Positions 1 through 14,205 of a stretch of 64,000 nucleotides of DNA are shown in pieces. The position numbers and the translations under genes were made by a program. The stretch is from positions 93,372,001-93,436,000 of the forward strand of contig OX597823.1 in the NCBI GenBank assembly GCA_951406725.2. Reading direction: 5' to 3'. The notes under the pieces were generated by a model. It had not been told where the DNA came from and did not search any database. It was given only the letters and a program-made list of their open reading frames with translations. Source of the DNA: Octopus vulgaris (Eukaryota). The stretch's first letter is position 1, and each line of letters starts with the position of its first letter.

Positions 1-540
1 TACTCTTTGCTTCGATAACTGTTTCCAGCTTTGAGAGCCCAGCACTGAACAAAATCTGGGTTTTGCCTTTCTTTCATGCCGAATGTATCGATTGATGTGG
101 TATATAAAGCTTCCCTGATATAATTTCACCTACTTTCAGCAGAGGAGGTTGGGCAGCTACTGAGGGCAACCTTGATAGAAACAGCAAAACATTCTCGCAG
201 TGTAGGGTCCGAGGTTCTGCCAGTGTTAATGCGTGGTCGGTCCATTTTCTTGGAGTGATGGACTTTTTTAGGCAGAATCCTCACCCTGCTTCTTATTAGT
301 GAATGATGTTTGTCACAATCCACGCTGTGGAAACAACGGGTCAGTTGAACAGAATTCAGAAAGGATCTTTGTGTAATAATGAGATCCAGCTCATACCAGT
401 GGTAAGATCTCGGATGTCCCCAAGAGGCTTTGTGCGATGTCTTGTTGGCAAAGAATGTCTTGGTGATGCACAGGTTATGGTATGTGCAAAATTCAAGTAG
501 TCTCTGACCATTGTCATTCATGTTGCCAATACCAAAAGAC
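1..540 (-). mobile_element. RTE-clade LINE fragment (AP-endonuclease region and linker), decayed
   Basis: Minus-strand translation FGIGNMNDNGQRLLEFCTYHNLCITKTFF...SWGHPRSYHWYELDLII...DCDKHHSLI matches the NGxRLLxFC / TxF / WxHPRS / SDH motifs of RTE endonucleases; runs off the window start. Confidence 0.85.
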
Positions 541-650
541 ATACACTTACATACATATATATACGATTGATTTATTTCAGTTCCTGTCCACGAAATCCAC
601 ACGCACACACGCACACGCACACACACATATATATATATATATATATGTGT

Positions 651-686
<36 letters not shown>

Positions 687-901
687 ATACACACAGACAC
701 ACAAAGATAAATTGATAGATACAACTGAGTGGGCAAACAAAAATATGAGACACTGCATAGTGCTTTTTTTATATTTTTATAAGCCTGGTACTTATTCTAT
801 CAGTTTCTTCTTCTGAAACCAGTGTGTTATGGGGATGTAAATAAACGAACACCAGTTGTGAAGCAGTGATTAGGGAGAAAGACAATGACACACACATAGA
901 C

Positions 902-1117
902 TTACTCTTTTACTCTTGTTTCAGTCGTTTGACTGTGGCCATGCTGGAGCATCGCTTTAATCGAGCAAATTGACCGCAGGACTTATTCTTTGTAAGCCTA
1001 GTACATATTCTATCGGTCTCTTTTGCCGAACTGCTAAGTTACGGGGACGTAACACCAGCATCGGTTGTCAAGCGATGTTGGGAGGACAAACACAGACACA
1101 CAAACATATATACATAC

Positions 1118-1161
<44 letters not shown>

Positions 1162-1322
1162 CGGGCTTCTTTTAGTTTCCGTCTACCAAATCCACTCACA
1201 CGGCTCTGGTCGGCCCGAGGTTATAGTAGAAGACACTTGCGCAAGTTGCCACGCAGTGGGACTGAAACCGGAACCATGTGGTTAGTAAGCAAGCTATTTA
1301 CCACGCAGCCACTCCTACGCCT
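902..1322 (-). mobile_element. tRNA-derived SINE, family A, near full length
   Basis: Reverse complement of the copy at 52888-53283; tRNA-like head with A/B boxes, internal (TA)/(TG) tract, (AAAGAGTA)-type tail. Further partial copies near 780-900, 1355-1510, 3280-3420 and 3870-4023. Confidence 0.85.
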
Positions 1323-1712
1323 ACTTACATATATTCATACATATAAATACAATTGATTTCAGTTTCTGTCTACAAAATCCACTGACAAGGCTTTGGTTGG
1401 TCTGCGGCTATAGCAGAAGACACATGCCAACTTTCCACAGAGTGGGACTGAACTGAGGACCATGTGTTTTGGAACCAAGTTTGTTACCACACAGCAACAC
1501 CTGCACCTATGTATATATGTGTGTGTTTTGGATCGGTGTGTGTGTGTATGGGTGTATATGTGTATGCATGTATATATATGTATATATATGTGTACATATT
1601 ACATCTACATCTATATATACATCTAGACATACATGTTTACATATACATGTATATCTATAGAAATACATCTATACATATACATGTATACATATACATATAT
1701 ATATATAAATAT

Positions 1713-1767
<55 letters not shown>

Positions 1768-1849
1768 TGCATATTTACATACAATAGAGAGATGCTTTTG
1801 TTTCACTTTTAACACGTAATATTGAAGTAGTGGAGAAGATGTGATATTG

Positions 1850-2022
1850 CTGTGGGCTCGACCTAGGCAAGACGTTAAACATTTTTTTGCCCATGACACT
1901 ACATGGACCCTAAGAAAGGCATGTGTAAAATTTGAATGAAATTGGTTGCGTAGTTCTCAAGTTTTAGGGATTCACACAAACAGAGAGACAGACAGATAGA
2001 CACACATTCTCAGTTTTATATA

Positions 2023-2025
<3 letters not shown>
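1850..2025 (-). mobile_element. Helitron/Helentron-type non-autonomous element, 5' fragment
   Basis: Minus strand reads tatatataaaactgagaatgtgtgtctatctgtctgtc...caaccaatttcattcaaattttacac, the same layout as the 5' end of the element at 52057. Confidence 0.5.
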
Positions 2026-2091
<66 letters not shown>

Positions 2092-3413
2092 TTAATGGCA
2101 TGATAACTAGGTTCTGATTCTCGAGGTATTCTAAATAATTTTAATTAATCTTCTGTTTAATTTATTACTGGAAAAAAAACTTTTTTCATCTATTTAGAAA
2201 AACTGTCTGTCTATATCTGAGTGTCCGAGTGAGTGGGAGAGCATGATAATTTTACTAGGAAGTCGCACGTAATTGATTGTCGGCGTGAATCGTTGACACT
2301 TAAATCTAGATAACACCATACGAATTTGAAATTATATATAGACATTACATTGCACAGTCAGCCTCCTAAATTACAGCAGAGCAGACACTCGCTATTACTA
2401 GAGGTAAGGGACTGCAGACAGAAAAATATCTGGCGTCATCTATTTATCTAACATTTATCTGCTCAATTATTCATCTAACTTAACTAATGCGCTGTTCATT
2501 GACAAAACTTCGTGCTGTATCACCTTTGTGAAATTTTGTCAGTGAACAGGTTGCGGTTTCAAAGCGAATAAAATAGTTTAACACAAATGAAGTTTTAATA
2601 TTGAGTCAAAAATCTCGAAACATCGATGTTTGAGATTCCCGAGAGAGGGCGACACTGAACGAATTGGGTGTTTCCTCACCTTTTTACCATAAGAAAAATT
2701 TTTCTCCATGGTAACTGTAGTGTATTTGCCTTTAGCTGTTGAAATATGTGACAAGCACATTTTAACTTACCTAAATTGTAATTATACGTAAACACTACTT
2801 TGCGCCATCACTCCGATGTGTGTGTGTCTGTGTCTGTGTCTGTGTCTGTGTTGTGTGTGTGCGTGTGTGTATGGGGTTTGACAAGAATTTAAATTTGGTT
2901 TTTTGGTGTGAAATAAAAGTCATTTTTCCCATACAAAGAATGAACTTTAATCAATTATATATTTTCCATTTTGTTCGATGACCTGAGCTGGAAGAATCGT
3001 TAACACACTAGACAAAATGTGTAGCAGCGTCTCTTCCGGTTTTACATTCCACCGGGGTGGACTTTTCCTTTCAAACTTTCGCGGCCGATAAAATAATTAC
3101 TAGTTGAGCACTGAGAGCGATGTAATCTACTTACCCTTCTCCCGCCACAATTTCAGGCCTTGTGCCTACATCAGAAAGGATTATTACACTATTAATCTCT
3201 TTTAATGGTGTGTGGTATTATCAACTGTTCTAGCCGTGTCTTCTCCGCTATTTATTTCTTTTAACGATATTCTTTTTTTCTCTTTTTACTCTTTTACTTG
3301 TTTCAGTAATTTGACTGTGGCCCTGCTGGAGCACCGCTAAGTTACGGGCACGTAAATACACCAGGATCAGTTGTCAAGCGATGTTAGGAGTACAGACACC
3401 GACACACAAACAC

Positions 3414-3454
<41 letters not shown>

Positions 3455-4359
3455 GGCAAAGAAAACTTATAAAAAGGCAGAATGCTAAGTTGAAGGTAAA
3501 TTTTAATCAAAATGGGTGTATGGAAAATTTAAAAAAAATATATATATTAATCGAAACCGGTTTTCGTCGCACTGCGATTTTCAAGAATTGTAAGGTGAAA
3601 ATTATTTTTTTTTTAATAATTGAGGAGGGGGAAAAAGAAAATGACGTTGTTTTTTGCAAAAAAATAATAATAAACATATACAAAAATTAAAAAAATAGAT
3701 ACATCGATACGTTGTAAAGTCTTTGTGTATCTCGAGTTCAAAGATAGTTCTTGGAAATTTTACCTTGGAGGATTAAGATCCATGTGATTAAATCCATGTG
3801 GTATTTAATTAAGGATGTTTGTTAAATGAATGTCAAAACAGGATATATATATATATATATATATATACAACAGGCTCCTTTCAGTTTCCGTCTACCAAAT
3901 CCACTCTCAAGGTTTTAGTCGGCCCGAGGCTATAGTAAAAGGCACTTGCCCAAGGTGCCACGCAATAACGGAACCATGTGGTTCGTAAGCAAGCTGCTTC
4001 CCACACAGCCACTCGTACGCCTGTAGAATATTTGATGTTGTTATATATTGTATTTATTGTGAAATCAGAGTTATTTCATTTTACTCTCTCTCTTCTGTTG
4101 TGCGGGTTACTGACGGTGATAATACTACAGTCATATTGTTCACTGAATAAAAACCTACAGAAACGGTTATTGTTGCAGTTACCAGCATCCTAGGCTGCTC
4201 GAGATCCGTGCAAGGTAACTAAACTTTGCGTAACGCATTCATTCAACGTATCTGCAGTGGTGATTTGTGACATGGACTGTCGTGCGCAACACAGAGACGG
4301 TTGTTAGCTAAATTCATCATGAACATCGTAGCTTACTTTCTGGTGAACAAAAATTAGGT

Positions 4360-4525
4360 TTACGTTCGGATTTCAAATTCCGCCGATGTCGACTTTGCTT
4401 TTCATCCTTTCGAGGTCGATAAATTAAATACCAGTTACGCACTGGGGTTGATGTAATCGACTTAATCCGTTTGTCTGTCCTTGTTTGTCCCCTCTGTGTT
4501 TAGCCCCCTGTGTGTAGTAAAGAGA
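4360..4525 (+). mobile_element. tRNA-derived SINE, family B, partial
   Basis: Near identity to 61146-61382 (gtcgactttgc.tttcatcctttcg.ggtcgataaatta...gcactgggg); other diverged copies near 2985-3180 and 6725-6940. Confidence 0.85.
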
Positions 4526-4654
4526 TATATATAAAGCACTCTTACTAGTTTCTACAGTCCGGATATTTTTCCCTACATTTTATATATTTTATATATTTTA
4601 TATATTTTTGGAGTAAAGATTATTTGCCAACATAACATGGCAGTCCTGGTTTAG

Positions 4655-4931
4655 GACAAATGTTGCTGTAATTTAGCCCCAGGAGACATCGTCTCCATTT
4701 GGCTATACCACACGATCTGTGTCCTTATATTTTTGAACAAGAGAATCTAGCATCCCCACTCAACTCAGTGCTGATGAAGGGAAACCACCCGGAAATCTTG
4801 ATACACAGATATTGCTTTGAGCTGAGTGGAGGGTGCTAGATTCCCTTGTTCGAAAATATAAGGATAGAGATCGTGTCATATAGCCAGCTGGAGACGATGT
4901 CTCCCGGGGCTAAATTACTGCAACATTAGTC
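4655..4931. repeat. Fold-back element: about 113-bp inverted arms around a loop containing a hammerhead motif
   Basis: 4655-4767 is the imperfect reverse complement of 4819-4931 (tgttgctgtaatttagcccc.ggagacatcgtctcc / ggagacgatgtctcccggggctaaattactgcaaca). Confidence 0.85.
4765..4809 (+). ncRNA. Minimal type-I hammerhead ribozyme motif (degenerate)
   Basis: tcagtg CTGATGA aggg-aaacca-cccg GAAA tcttga TA cacaga: stem I gtg/cac, canonical core, stem II ggg/ccc, near-palindromic stem III. Confidence 0.65.
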
Positions 4932-5586
4932 TATTTATCGGCATCGCATTACATATTTTGCCCAAACTCTCACCTATATGGCTTAATGTTAGCTTTCAAA
5001 ATATTTGTAATACAGACTGCACCACTTTAAGCAAATGCAATGCACTTTTATACCAATGTTGTTATTGTTGCTGCTGTTGCTACTACTACTACTACTGCTG
5101 ATGCTGCTGTTTTTGTTAACGTTGGTGTCGCTTTTGATGTACACGTTGATCATTATTTTTGCCGCTTTCGTTATTGCTTTTGTTGTTGCTTATGTAGTTG
5201 TTCTGTACACGAGAGCCACGCATCTCTGACCTATGCTAGGTTTTCTGCTTCAAACGTCGGTTCTGCTGGCATTAGTATTTTCGGTGATGTTGATGTTTAT
5301 TTGTGAAACTTTCCAATTTGGTAGCAAGTTCTGAGAAAGGCAGAGTGTATCTTAGGAATCTTGGAATCAATTATCCTCTTCGTATTACCATTTTCTTTCT
5401 TCATGTCTGCTTGGATTCTTTTTTCGGTAAGTTTTGATAAACTTTTGTCATTCTTCGGCGAAGAATAAATAACAACAGATAAAACAAACAGATATACGAT
5501 TAAACAACAAAAGAATTATATGTAGACTTGCAGCGATTTATACATACACACAATCACATATATATATGTATATATGTATGTATATA

Positions 5587-5645
<59 letters not shown>

Positions 5646-6200
5646 GGTGTATGCATGTATGTATCTGATAATCTATATATGCGTATATAAGTGTGTGTGG
5701 CCGTGTTTACATATATATAACTATCTATCTATCTATCTATCTATATATATATATATATATATATATTGCCTCTAAAAATGCATCTTAAGCAGATCCAATG
5801 CAAAAATATCTCAACCACATAGAAGAGCTCTCAGATATTTTTTCTTTCCTTTTCACTTAAAAAACAACATACATAAGACAAAACTAGTTTCGCTGAGTAG
5901 AAATGGAATATAATATAGCATTACTAAATCATACAAAGGAAGTATATTATTTGAACTACAGAAATATCTTTGTTTGCAGTGTCATATCTGTGTGTGTGTA
6001 CATATGCGTCTCTGAATTTATATAACATAATTGTCTCTCGGTTCTGCATGTCTATATATAACTGTACAAATGTGTATTCTTGTGTTTTGAGTCGCTGTGT
6101 GAATACTGCTATCGTTGTGTATAAAGTTTAGTATCTTTCAGGTATAGAGGCATATGTATTAGTTTATGGTGGCAATGTATTATCAGCGTATTACGGCTAA

Positions 6201-6232
<32 letters not shown>

Positions 6233-6273
6233 CAAACATATATACATATATATATATACATATATACATGTAT

Positions 6274-6312
<39 letters not shown>

Positions 6313-6319
6313 CATATGC

Positions 6320-6387
<68 letters not shown>

Positions 6388-7168
6388 GGATAGATAGATA
6401 GATTGATAGATGGGTGGATGGATGGATAAATAGATAGATTTATAGATAGTATATATATATATATATGTATGTATACCTATATAAATTATATCTGTGTGTA
6501 TATGTGCGTGTGTGTGTGCACATATATGCGAATCTGTGCGTCCGCGCACGAGCTTAGCTGTCAGACTTGAAAATAAGTACTGGGGTTGATTTCTTCGACA
6601 GAATCCCCCATGGCGTGCCCCAAGCGTGTCTTGCGATCAAAGAGCGAAACTAGTAAAACATAATATGCAACATGAAACGTTTGTTTACTGAATAAGAGAG
6701 AACACAGAATTTATTATAAGGTAGAATGCGGCGAGCTTGTAGAATCGTTAGTACCCCGGACAAAATGCTTTGTGGCATTTCGTCCGTCTGTAGGTTTTGA
6801 GTTCAAATTGCCCTGAAGTCCAATTTACCTTTCATTCATTTGGGAGTTGATGAAATATGTATGAGTTCAACAAGGCAATGGATTTATCCCTACCCCCCAC
6901 CCAAAATAAATTGCTGGCCTTGTGCTAAAATTTGAAATCAATATGTAATGTAGGATATATACATATATGCATATATACATATATATATATATATATATAT
7001 GTATACATGCATACATATATATACATATATACATATATACATATATAAATATAATAATAAAAGTAAACAATTGCTTTAATGGTTTTTAAAAAAGCCAACA
7101 ATTATTTACTGGTAGATTTCGGCATGTAAATATAACCATTAACGGTAGGAACTTCTGTAAAGTTCAGT

Positions 7169-7199
<31 letters not shown>

Positions 7200-7278
7200 A
7201 AAAGGAACACACGAGTTGGTATATATGAAAAAATAAGACAAAATAGAAAATGCTAAAATAATTTTATAGTGAACATTT

Positions 7279-7316
7279 CAGTACCGGTTTCGGCCATTTT
7301 GAGACCTTTTCAACTG
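7279..7316 (-). ncRNA. Minimal hammerhead ribozyme motif, U3-A8 core variant
   Basis: Minus strand: cag TTGAAAA ggtc-tcaaaat-ggcc GAAA ccgg TA ctg. Confidence 0.7.
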
Positions 7317-7604
7317 TAACGATTAAATAATTAAATTTAGAAAAATTAGAAGAAAAGTTTTTTTAAAGGAATATTTCTATAGTAATGTTCAGATATAAGT
7401 GGCATTCTGCCTTTCTCTGACTCCCTTGTTTGCACTTCAGATATAAGTGGCATTCAGCCTTTCTCTGACTCCCTTGTTTGCACAAGTGCAAACAAGGGAG
7501 TCAGAGAAAGGCAGAATGCCACTTATATCTGAACATTACTATAGAAATATTCCTTTAAAAAAACTTTTCTTCTAATTTTTCTAAATTTAATTATTTAATC
7601 GTTA

Positions 7605-7642
7605 CAGTTGAAAAGGTCTCAAAATGACTGAAACCGGTACTG
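7605..7642 (+). ncRNA. Minimal hammerhead ribozyme motif, U3-A8 core variant (mirror copy)
   Basis: cag TTGAAAA ggtc-tcaaaat-gact GAAA ccgg TA ctg; stem II still pairs despite two differences from the other arm. Confidence 0.7.
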
Positions 7643-7690
7643 AAATGTTCACTATAAAATTATTTTAGCATTTTCTATTTTGTCTTATTT

Positions 7691-7755
<65 letters not shown>

Positions 7756-8176
7756 AATAAAAGGGGCAGGCAACAGGTTGCTTGGCCGCATACCGAAAAA
7801 ATTAGAAATAGCATATATATACACACACACGTACATATACATATACATAAATGGTGGTTGTCTACTCCTTGTGCAGAGTGTGACCACCTCCTATACATAC
7901 ACCTTAGAACAATCATGCCAACTGATGTGGCTTTTAAACCAATATTTTGAAAAGACACCCTCATCTGATTGCGTATCCGATTTGGACCACCAAGAACTGC
8001 CATTAAGTTCTGATATATGTGGATCTTAAAATGTACACACACACACAATATATATTTCCTGAGGAGTGAAGAAGAGTATGTGATGTTTTTAGTGCCTACA
8101 CAATTTCCTGATCTATCAACGATTGCTATGATACGAAGATTTTGTTTCTTGCGGAAAAACCCAGAAAAGAAACACC

Positions 8177-8207
<31 letters not shown>

Positions 8208-8409
8208 CAGTTCAAAATTTAAGTTTAAGTTGTCAAAACATTTTCGTCGCTTTAAGACCGCGACCTGTTCACTGACAAAAATCCGTGCAGTGAATGGAAC
8301 GGCTTTAGTGTGTTTCTTAAATGACTTACAAAAACCTTCCACGCTGCAATTGTTTTCGTTTCAGCTCACGATCTCAGATCAAATCACTTGCTATGCAAGT
8401 ACATCTCCG

Positions 8410-8459
<50 letters not shown>

Positions 8460-8463
<4 letters not shown>

Positions 8464-8810
8464 TTATTCTTTTACTTGTTTTAGTTATTTGACTGCGGCC
8501 ATAGTGGAGTACCGCTTTAGTCGAACAAATGAATCACGGGACTTAATCTATGTAAGCCTAGTATTTATTCTATCGGTCTCTTTTGCTGCAACACTGGACT
8601 AAGGAGATCGGCTGTCAAGCGATTGTGGGTGCAACAAACACAAACACACAAACCTATACATATACCTATATATATATACGACGGCTTCTTTCAGTTTCCG
8701 TCTCCCATATCCACTCACACGTCTTTGGGGGAAGACAATTGTCCAAGTTGTCACGCAGTGGAACTGAACCCGGAACCATGTGGTTGGACAGCAAACTTCT
8801 TACCACACAG
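8460..8810 (-). mobile_element. SINE family A, diverged with internal deletions
   Basis: Shares ttttacttgtt...gactgcggccat...ggaccatgtggttgg-type blocks with 902-1322. Confidence 0.8.
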
Positions 8811-8891
8811 TGTTAGTTTGTCTGTATGTGAATGTGCGCTCGCGTAAGTACATTTTTAAATGCTTATGCACAAGTTCAGTTGCACACACAC

Positions 8892-8934
<43 letters not shown>

Positions 8935-9140
8935 TACATACACACGTAGAAACACACGCAGAAATATATAAACGTGATATAACTGAAGTATTGTCCACAT
9001 CTTGGTCGCCATTTTCACAGGTATTTGTTTTTGGAGTACCCTAGGGCCTATCCAGTTGTTTGTTGTTCACAGTAATACACAGATATGTACACACATACAC
9101 ACACATATATATACACACACACACTCATATATATATATAT

Positions 9141-9243
<103 letters not shown>

Positions 9244-9682
9244 TTGGTGACGTTGCACATGTCAGTACACATATCCATGTATTTAGGCATATTGGTGTTT
9301 TGCCAGCTGCATGGCTGCTCGACGATATTTGAAGTTCTCTCTCTTTCTCTCCAGAAAATTGCCAAGCATAAGACTCCAAACTTTACTCATCCGTTGCTGG
9401 AATTGGTCGTTCAATCCTCTTTTTTTTCTCCATACAAAAGCGTGTGCGCGTGTATTTCTGTATGAATAATCTCTGATCATATATATTTTTTTTTTGTGCA
9501 CAGCGTATATATGTGTGTGCGGTGTGTGTACGGGTTGGGGTTTGTATGTACACAATCGTATTTTGGTGAAGATTATTAACTCTTTCTTCTAGTGGATAAA
9601 AATAATGCATACATATATACAGAGAAAGATAGAAAGATAGATAGATAAATAGACAGATTGATGGGGAGATTGATAGACGGAT

Positions 9683-9729
<47 letters not shown>

Positions 9730-9747
9730 CAGAGGTGAGATAGATAG

Positions 9748-9810
<63 letters not shown>

Positions 9811-9853
9811 AAGATAGATAGATAGATAGATAGACAGACAAACATATAGATAA

Positions 9854-9887
<34 letters not shown>

Positions 9888-9932
9888 GGATAGATAGATA
9901 GATACATACATACATACCTCCATTCTCACAAG

Positions 9933-10011
<79 letters not shown>

Positions 10012-10149
10012 ATAATATATAAGTATATATATACATACATACATAAATGTGTACATATATGTGTATAGTAGCATTTGTAAATGCATACTCTTTCTGTGAT
10101 TGTATATCACTCCTCTAAGTTCTGCATCTTCTCCTTCTCTTCCTCCTCC

Positions 10150-10176
10150 TTCTTTTTTTTCACCTTCTTCTACTTC

Positions 10177-10208
<32 letters not shown>

Positions 10209-10330
10209 CTTCTTCTTCTTCTTCTTCTTCTTCTTCTTCTTCTTCTTCTTCTTCTTCTTCTTCTTCTTCTTCTTCTTCTTCTTCTTCTTCTTCTTCTCCT
10301 TCTTCTTCTTCTGCTTCTTCTTCTTCTTCT
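10150..10330. repeat. (TTC)n microsatellite
   Basis: Long perfect ttc run. Confidence 0.95.
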
Positions 10331-10689
10331 CCTATACTTCCTCTCCTCTCTTTCACTACCTCTCTCTCTTCTTTTTTCTCCACATATTTCATATTTCTTC
10401 TCCATTTTCCTTTTGTCTCCTTCTGCTTCCTCTCTTCCCTCTCTCTTCTCTCTCCCTCTCTCCATCTCTGTCGCTACCAAATGCACTGACCCATGACCTA
10501 AAAGAGGAATCCCTGGCAAAGAACATTATGTTGCCTCAGGAATCTGGGATTATCCTTGTTTTCTCTCCGGTGTATTATCGTTCTTGACTATTGAGCTGAA
10601 TAATGAGAAACTGCAACGCACCAGCTCTCTCACTCACACTAAATTCCCTCGTCATCGCAGTTGCCGTCATCGTTAAAGTTGTCCTCGTT

Positions 10690-11760
10690 CACACTCGTCA
10701 TCATCACCATCATCGTCACCATTATCATCGTCGTCGTCATCATCTTCATCATCTGTATTATCATCATCCTCGTCATCATCTATATTATCATCTTGATCGC
10801 CCCTTTTTTTCCGATCCCTATTGACCGGAATTTTACATTTGTTTCCTCTTTTGTTTCCTTTTCCTTTTTCCATCTTCGACAAGAAAAGCTCTACATTTGT
10901 ATTTGTCCCCTCTGTATGTCAGCCCTGTGTGGCCAATAAAGAAAGTTATCATCATTATCATCATAATCTTTATCCTCCTCCCTCCTCCCCCAACTCCTCC
11001 TCATCACCATCATTATCTATATTATCATCATTATCAACATCATCATCTTTATCATTATCATCAAGATCATCATCATCATACTTATCATCATTATCGTCAT
11101 CTATATTATCATCAGCAACAGCATTCTCATCAAACTCATCAACACCATAAATATCATCATTATCATCGTCATCACGATCAACATAATCAATATCATCATC
11201 ATCACATCATCATCATCATTATTATCATCATCGTCACCATCAGCATCATCATCATCATCGTCATCACCATCATTATCATCATCGTCATCACCATCATCAT
11301 CATCCTCATCATCATTATCATCATCATCGTCAGCACCATCATCATCATCAACATCATCATTATCATCGGTGTCATCATCATCAGTACGATTACTTCAACT
11401 TCAATGCAACCATCGTCACCATTGTCTTAGTTTTCGTCGCCGCTGTCAGCGTTGTTGCCCCCACCTCTTCCTCTTTGTCATCGTCATCGTCGTTGTCTTC
11501 AGCGTCGTCCTCACCCTCGTTCTCTACTGTGTGCTCGTCACCATCATTACCATTATCAACATCATAATCATCGTCGTCTTCGTTATCCTCATCTGATCTC
11601 AGTCTTCTCTTTCCTCGTCTCCTCCTCATCCTCCTCCTTCTCATCCTCATGCTCCCCCTTCTTCTTCTTCTTCTTCTTCTTCTTCTTCTTCTCTTTCTTG
11701 GTCTCCTCCTCCAACCGAAACCTCGCTCTATCGTCATCACTTATTGTCGTCTTCATTGAT
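10690..11760. repeat. Degenerate (ATC)n/(GTC)n/(TTC)n low-complexity tract
   Basis: Triplet-periodic sequence giving poly-H/I/S/D pseudo-ORFs. Confidence 0.9.
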
Positions 11761-11939
11761 GTAATAATTTGAAGTCAACCTGTCATTTTAAACATTATCA
11801 CATGGACATGTAGTGTCTTCTGCTCGTTCATGCGCAACCACACACACAAACACGCCCATACATACACACACACACACACACACATACATTCACATATACA
11901 CGCACATGGCTATTCTAACAATCAAAAAAATCTCGCACT

Positions 11940-12240
11940 GACTCACTGTCAATTACGACGACGGGGGTTGGGTTGATCCGATCAACGGAAAGCCTGCCCG
12001 TGTGCAAGTGGCTGAGCACTTCACAGACACGTGTACCCTTAACGAATTACTCTGGTAGGATTCAGCATAACATACGGGCTGGCCCCTTTGTAATTACATG
12101 TATGACTCCTTTTTGCCAGCAGAACAGAGTAGAACAACTTGAAATAAAGTGTCTTGCTCAAGGACACAGGACGATAACGAGTATCGAAATTAGAACCCTA
12201 TGATTGTGAACGGATTATCCCAATCACTAACCCAATCACT
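11940..12240 (-). mobile_element. tRNA-derived SINE with CORE-like domain (family D), diverged
   Basis: Minus strand has a decayed tRNA head followed by tgtgtccttgagcaagacactttatttca, typical of CORE-type SINE bodies. Confidence 0.6.
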
Positions 12241-12430
12241 TATATATGGCTAATTCTCTCTTAACAGCAAAGATTCCATATTAATAAACGAAATCGTATT
12301 AATATATGCAAAGATCCGTATTGACTTTTGCTGTAAGTGCTTAGCATGCAGCAATATGCAATTAATTAACAAAGAAAATATAAGATGAATATAGAAAACG
12401 AATTATGTACTTAATGTTATATAAGAAATT

Positions 12431-12650
12431 ACAGAAATTCCTCGATATCGCGGGTATTACGTTCCAAAATACCCCGCGATAGGTGAAAATCCGCGAAGAA
12501 GAAACAGTACAGTATTGTATATTTTTTGAAATTATTTTTATAATTTGTATATATTTATTTTATTATAAATGTAAAACAACACCACAGAGGTATCAACGTA
12601 AGCCTTCATGATAAACCGCAGTAGGTGAACCGCGATAAGGCGAGTGATTT
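12431..12650. mobile_element. Tigger/pogo-like MITE relic
   Basis: Starts ta-cagaaattcctcgatatcgcgg and ends ccgcgataaggcgagtgatt (imperfect TIRs); CpG-rich repeated ccgcga motifs. Confidence 0.5.
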
Positions 12651-12759
12651 TGAGCGGTGACTATCACCAGTGCATTGGTTTTTGTGATTTTTCAATCAAT
12701 TACAAGTATTGGAAATGTTTGGGACAACATATAAATACAGGTGTTCATATATATCTTTT

Positions 12760-13130
12760 ACCTTTTATATTTTACCTGTTTCTGTCATTAGACTGCGGCC
12801 ATGCTGGGGCACCGACTTCAATTTTGTAGTGGAAAGAAACGACTCCAAGACTTACTTTCAAAGCCTGGTACTTATGCTATCGATCCGCTCTGCCGACCCG
12901 CTAAGTTACGGGTATGTATACACACCCACGACGATTGTCAGCTAGTGATAGTGGGGACAATCACAGACACACATACATAGATAATCGATGGGTTTCTTTA
13001 TGTTTCCGTCTAACGAATCCACTCACAAGGCTTTCGTCGGCCCTAGACTACCGTAGAAACACTTGCGCAAAGTGCCACGTAGTGCCACTGAACCCAGAGC
13101 CATGTGGGTGGGAAGCCAGCTTCTTACCAC
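12760..13130 (-). mobile_element. SINE family A, diverged full length
   Basis: Colinear with 902-1322. Confidence 0.8.
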
Positions 13131-13146
13131 ACACACATACATATGC

Positions 13147-13376
<230 letters not shown>

Positions 13377-13970
13377 CACACAAAAACATATCATAATTAA
13401 TTGGTGTAATTAGTAATAAGTCTTACTTTGATATTAAATGGGCGTGAAGACAGACACTTTTTCAAAAAGTTTGGCAGTATTTATCCGCAAAATAGTTCTC
13501 TTTAGAAACTGACTTTCTTGATACGATAAAAAAAAAAAAAATCTCAAATAATTTGTTGGGTAAATGACATTCTTACATTCGGAAAATATACAGTGCCACA
13601 AATTCTCGGCTGTTCTTATAATGCGGCGTAAACAACGCGACTAGCATTTCCTGTTATCCATGTACTTGAAGTGGTTTCGAAATGGTTAATGGCGTTTACA
13701 TGGATTCTGTTCTTTTACAAAATGATAAGAAAAATATGAGAAATGAGAAGGAATCTTAAATCCCCAAAAATGAAAGAATGAAAGAAAAGAGCATGCTTCA
13801 AAACGTGATGTTGATATGAAGACAAAGCAATACAGAATAGCGTGGATGAATATGAAAATGCCAACGATGAGAAAATAATTTATACCCAGAAGAAATTCAT
13901 TTTATCTTCATTCGTACGGTTAGATTCTCTCAGAAATATTTCAGGTAAAAGTTTTCAGTGTTGAGATGAT

Positions 13971-14001
<31 letters not shown>

Positions 14002-14050
14002 CACACACACGCACACACACAAACACACACACACACACGTATATATATAC

Positions 14051-14205
14051 AACTTATAAACAAGGGCAAAAGAAGATTATTTCTATGTCATAGAAATAAT
14101 TTTCTTTTGCCCTTGTTTATAAGTTTAACCTTTAAAGGTATTTTAATATGCTGCCACTTTTTGATGGAATTTTTTCTGTAAAAAAACTTCATCCTATATT
14201 AGTAG

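Larger units (their letters stand above)
7220..7700. repeat. Fold-back element (about 215-bp near-perfect inverted arms) embedded in (TA)n, with an internal tandem duplication of about 49 bp at the centre
   Basis: 7220-7436 is the reverse complement of 7484-7700; ttcagatataagtggcattc...ttgtttgcac is repeated directly at the centre. Confidence 0.95.

Noticed and set aside
4179-4214. Possible 36-bp + strand micro-exon (ttgcag|...CAAG|gtaact)
   Set aside because: Too short to distinguish from chance and has no partner exons
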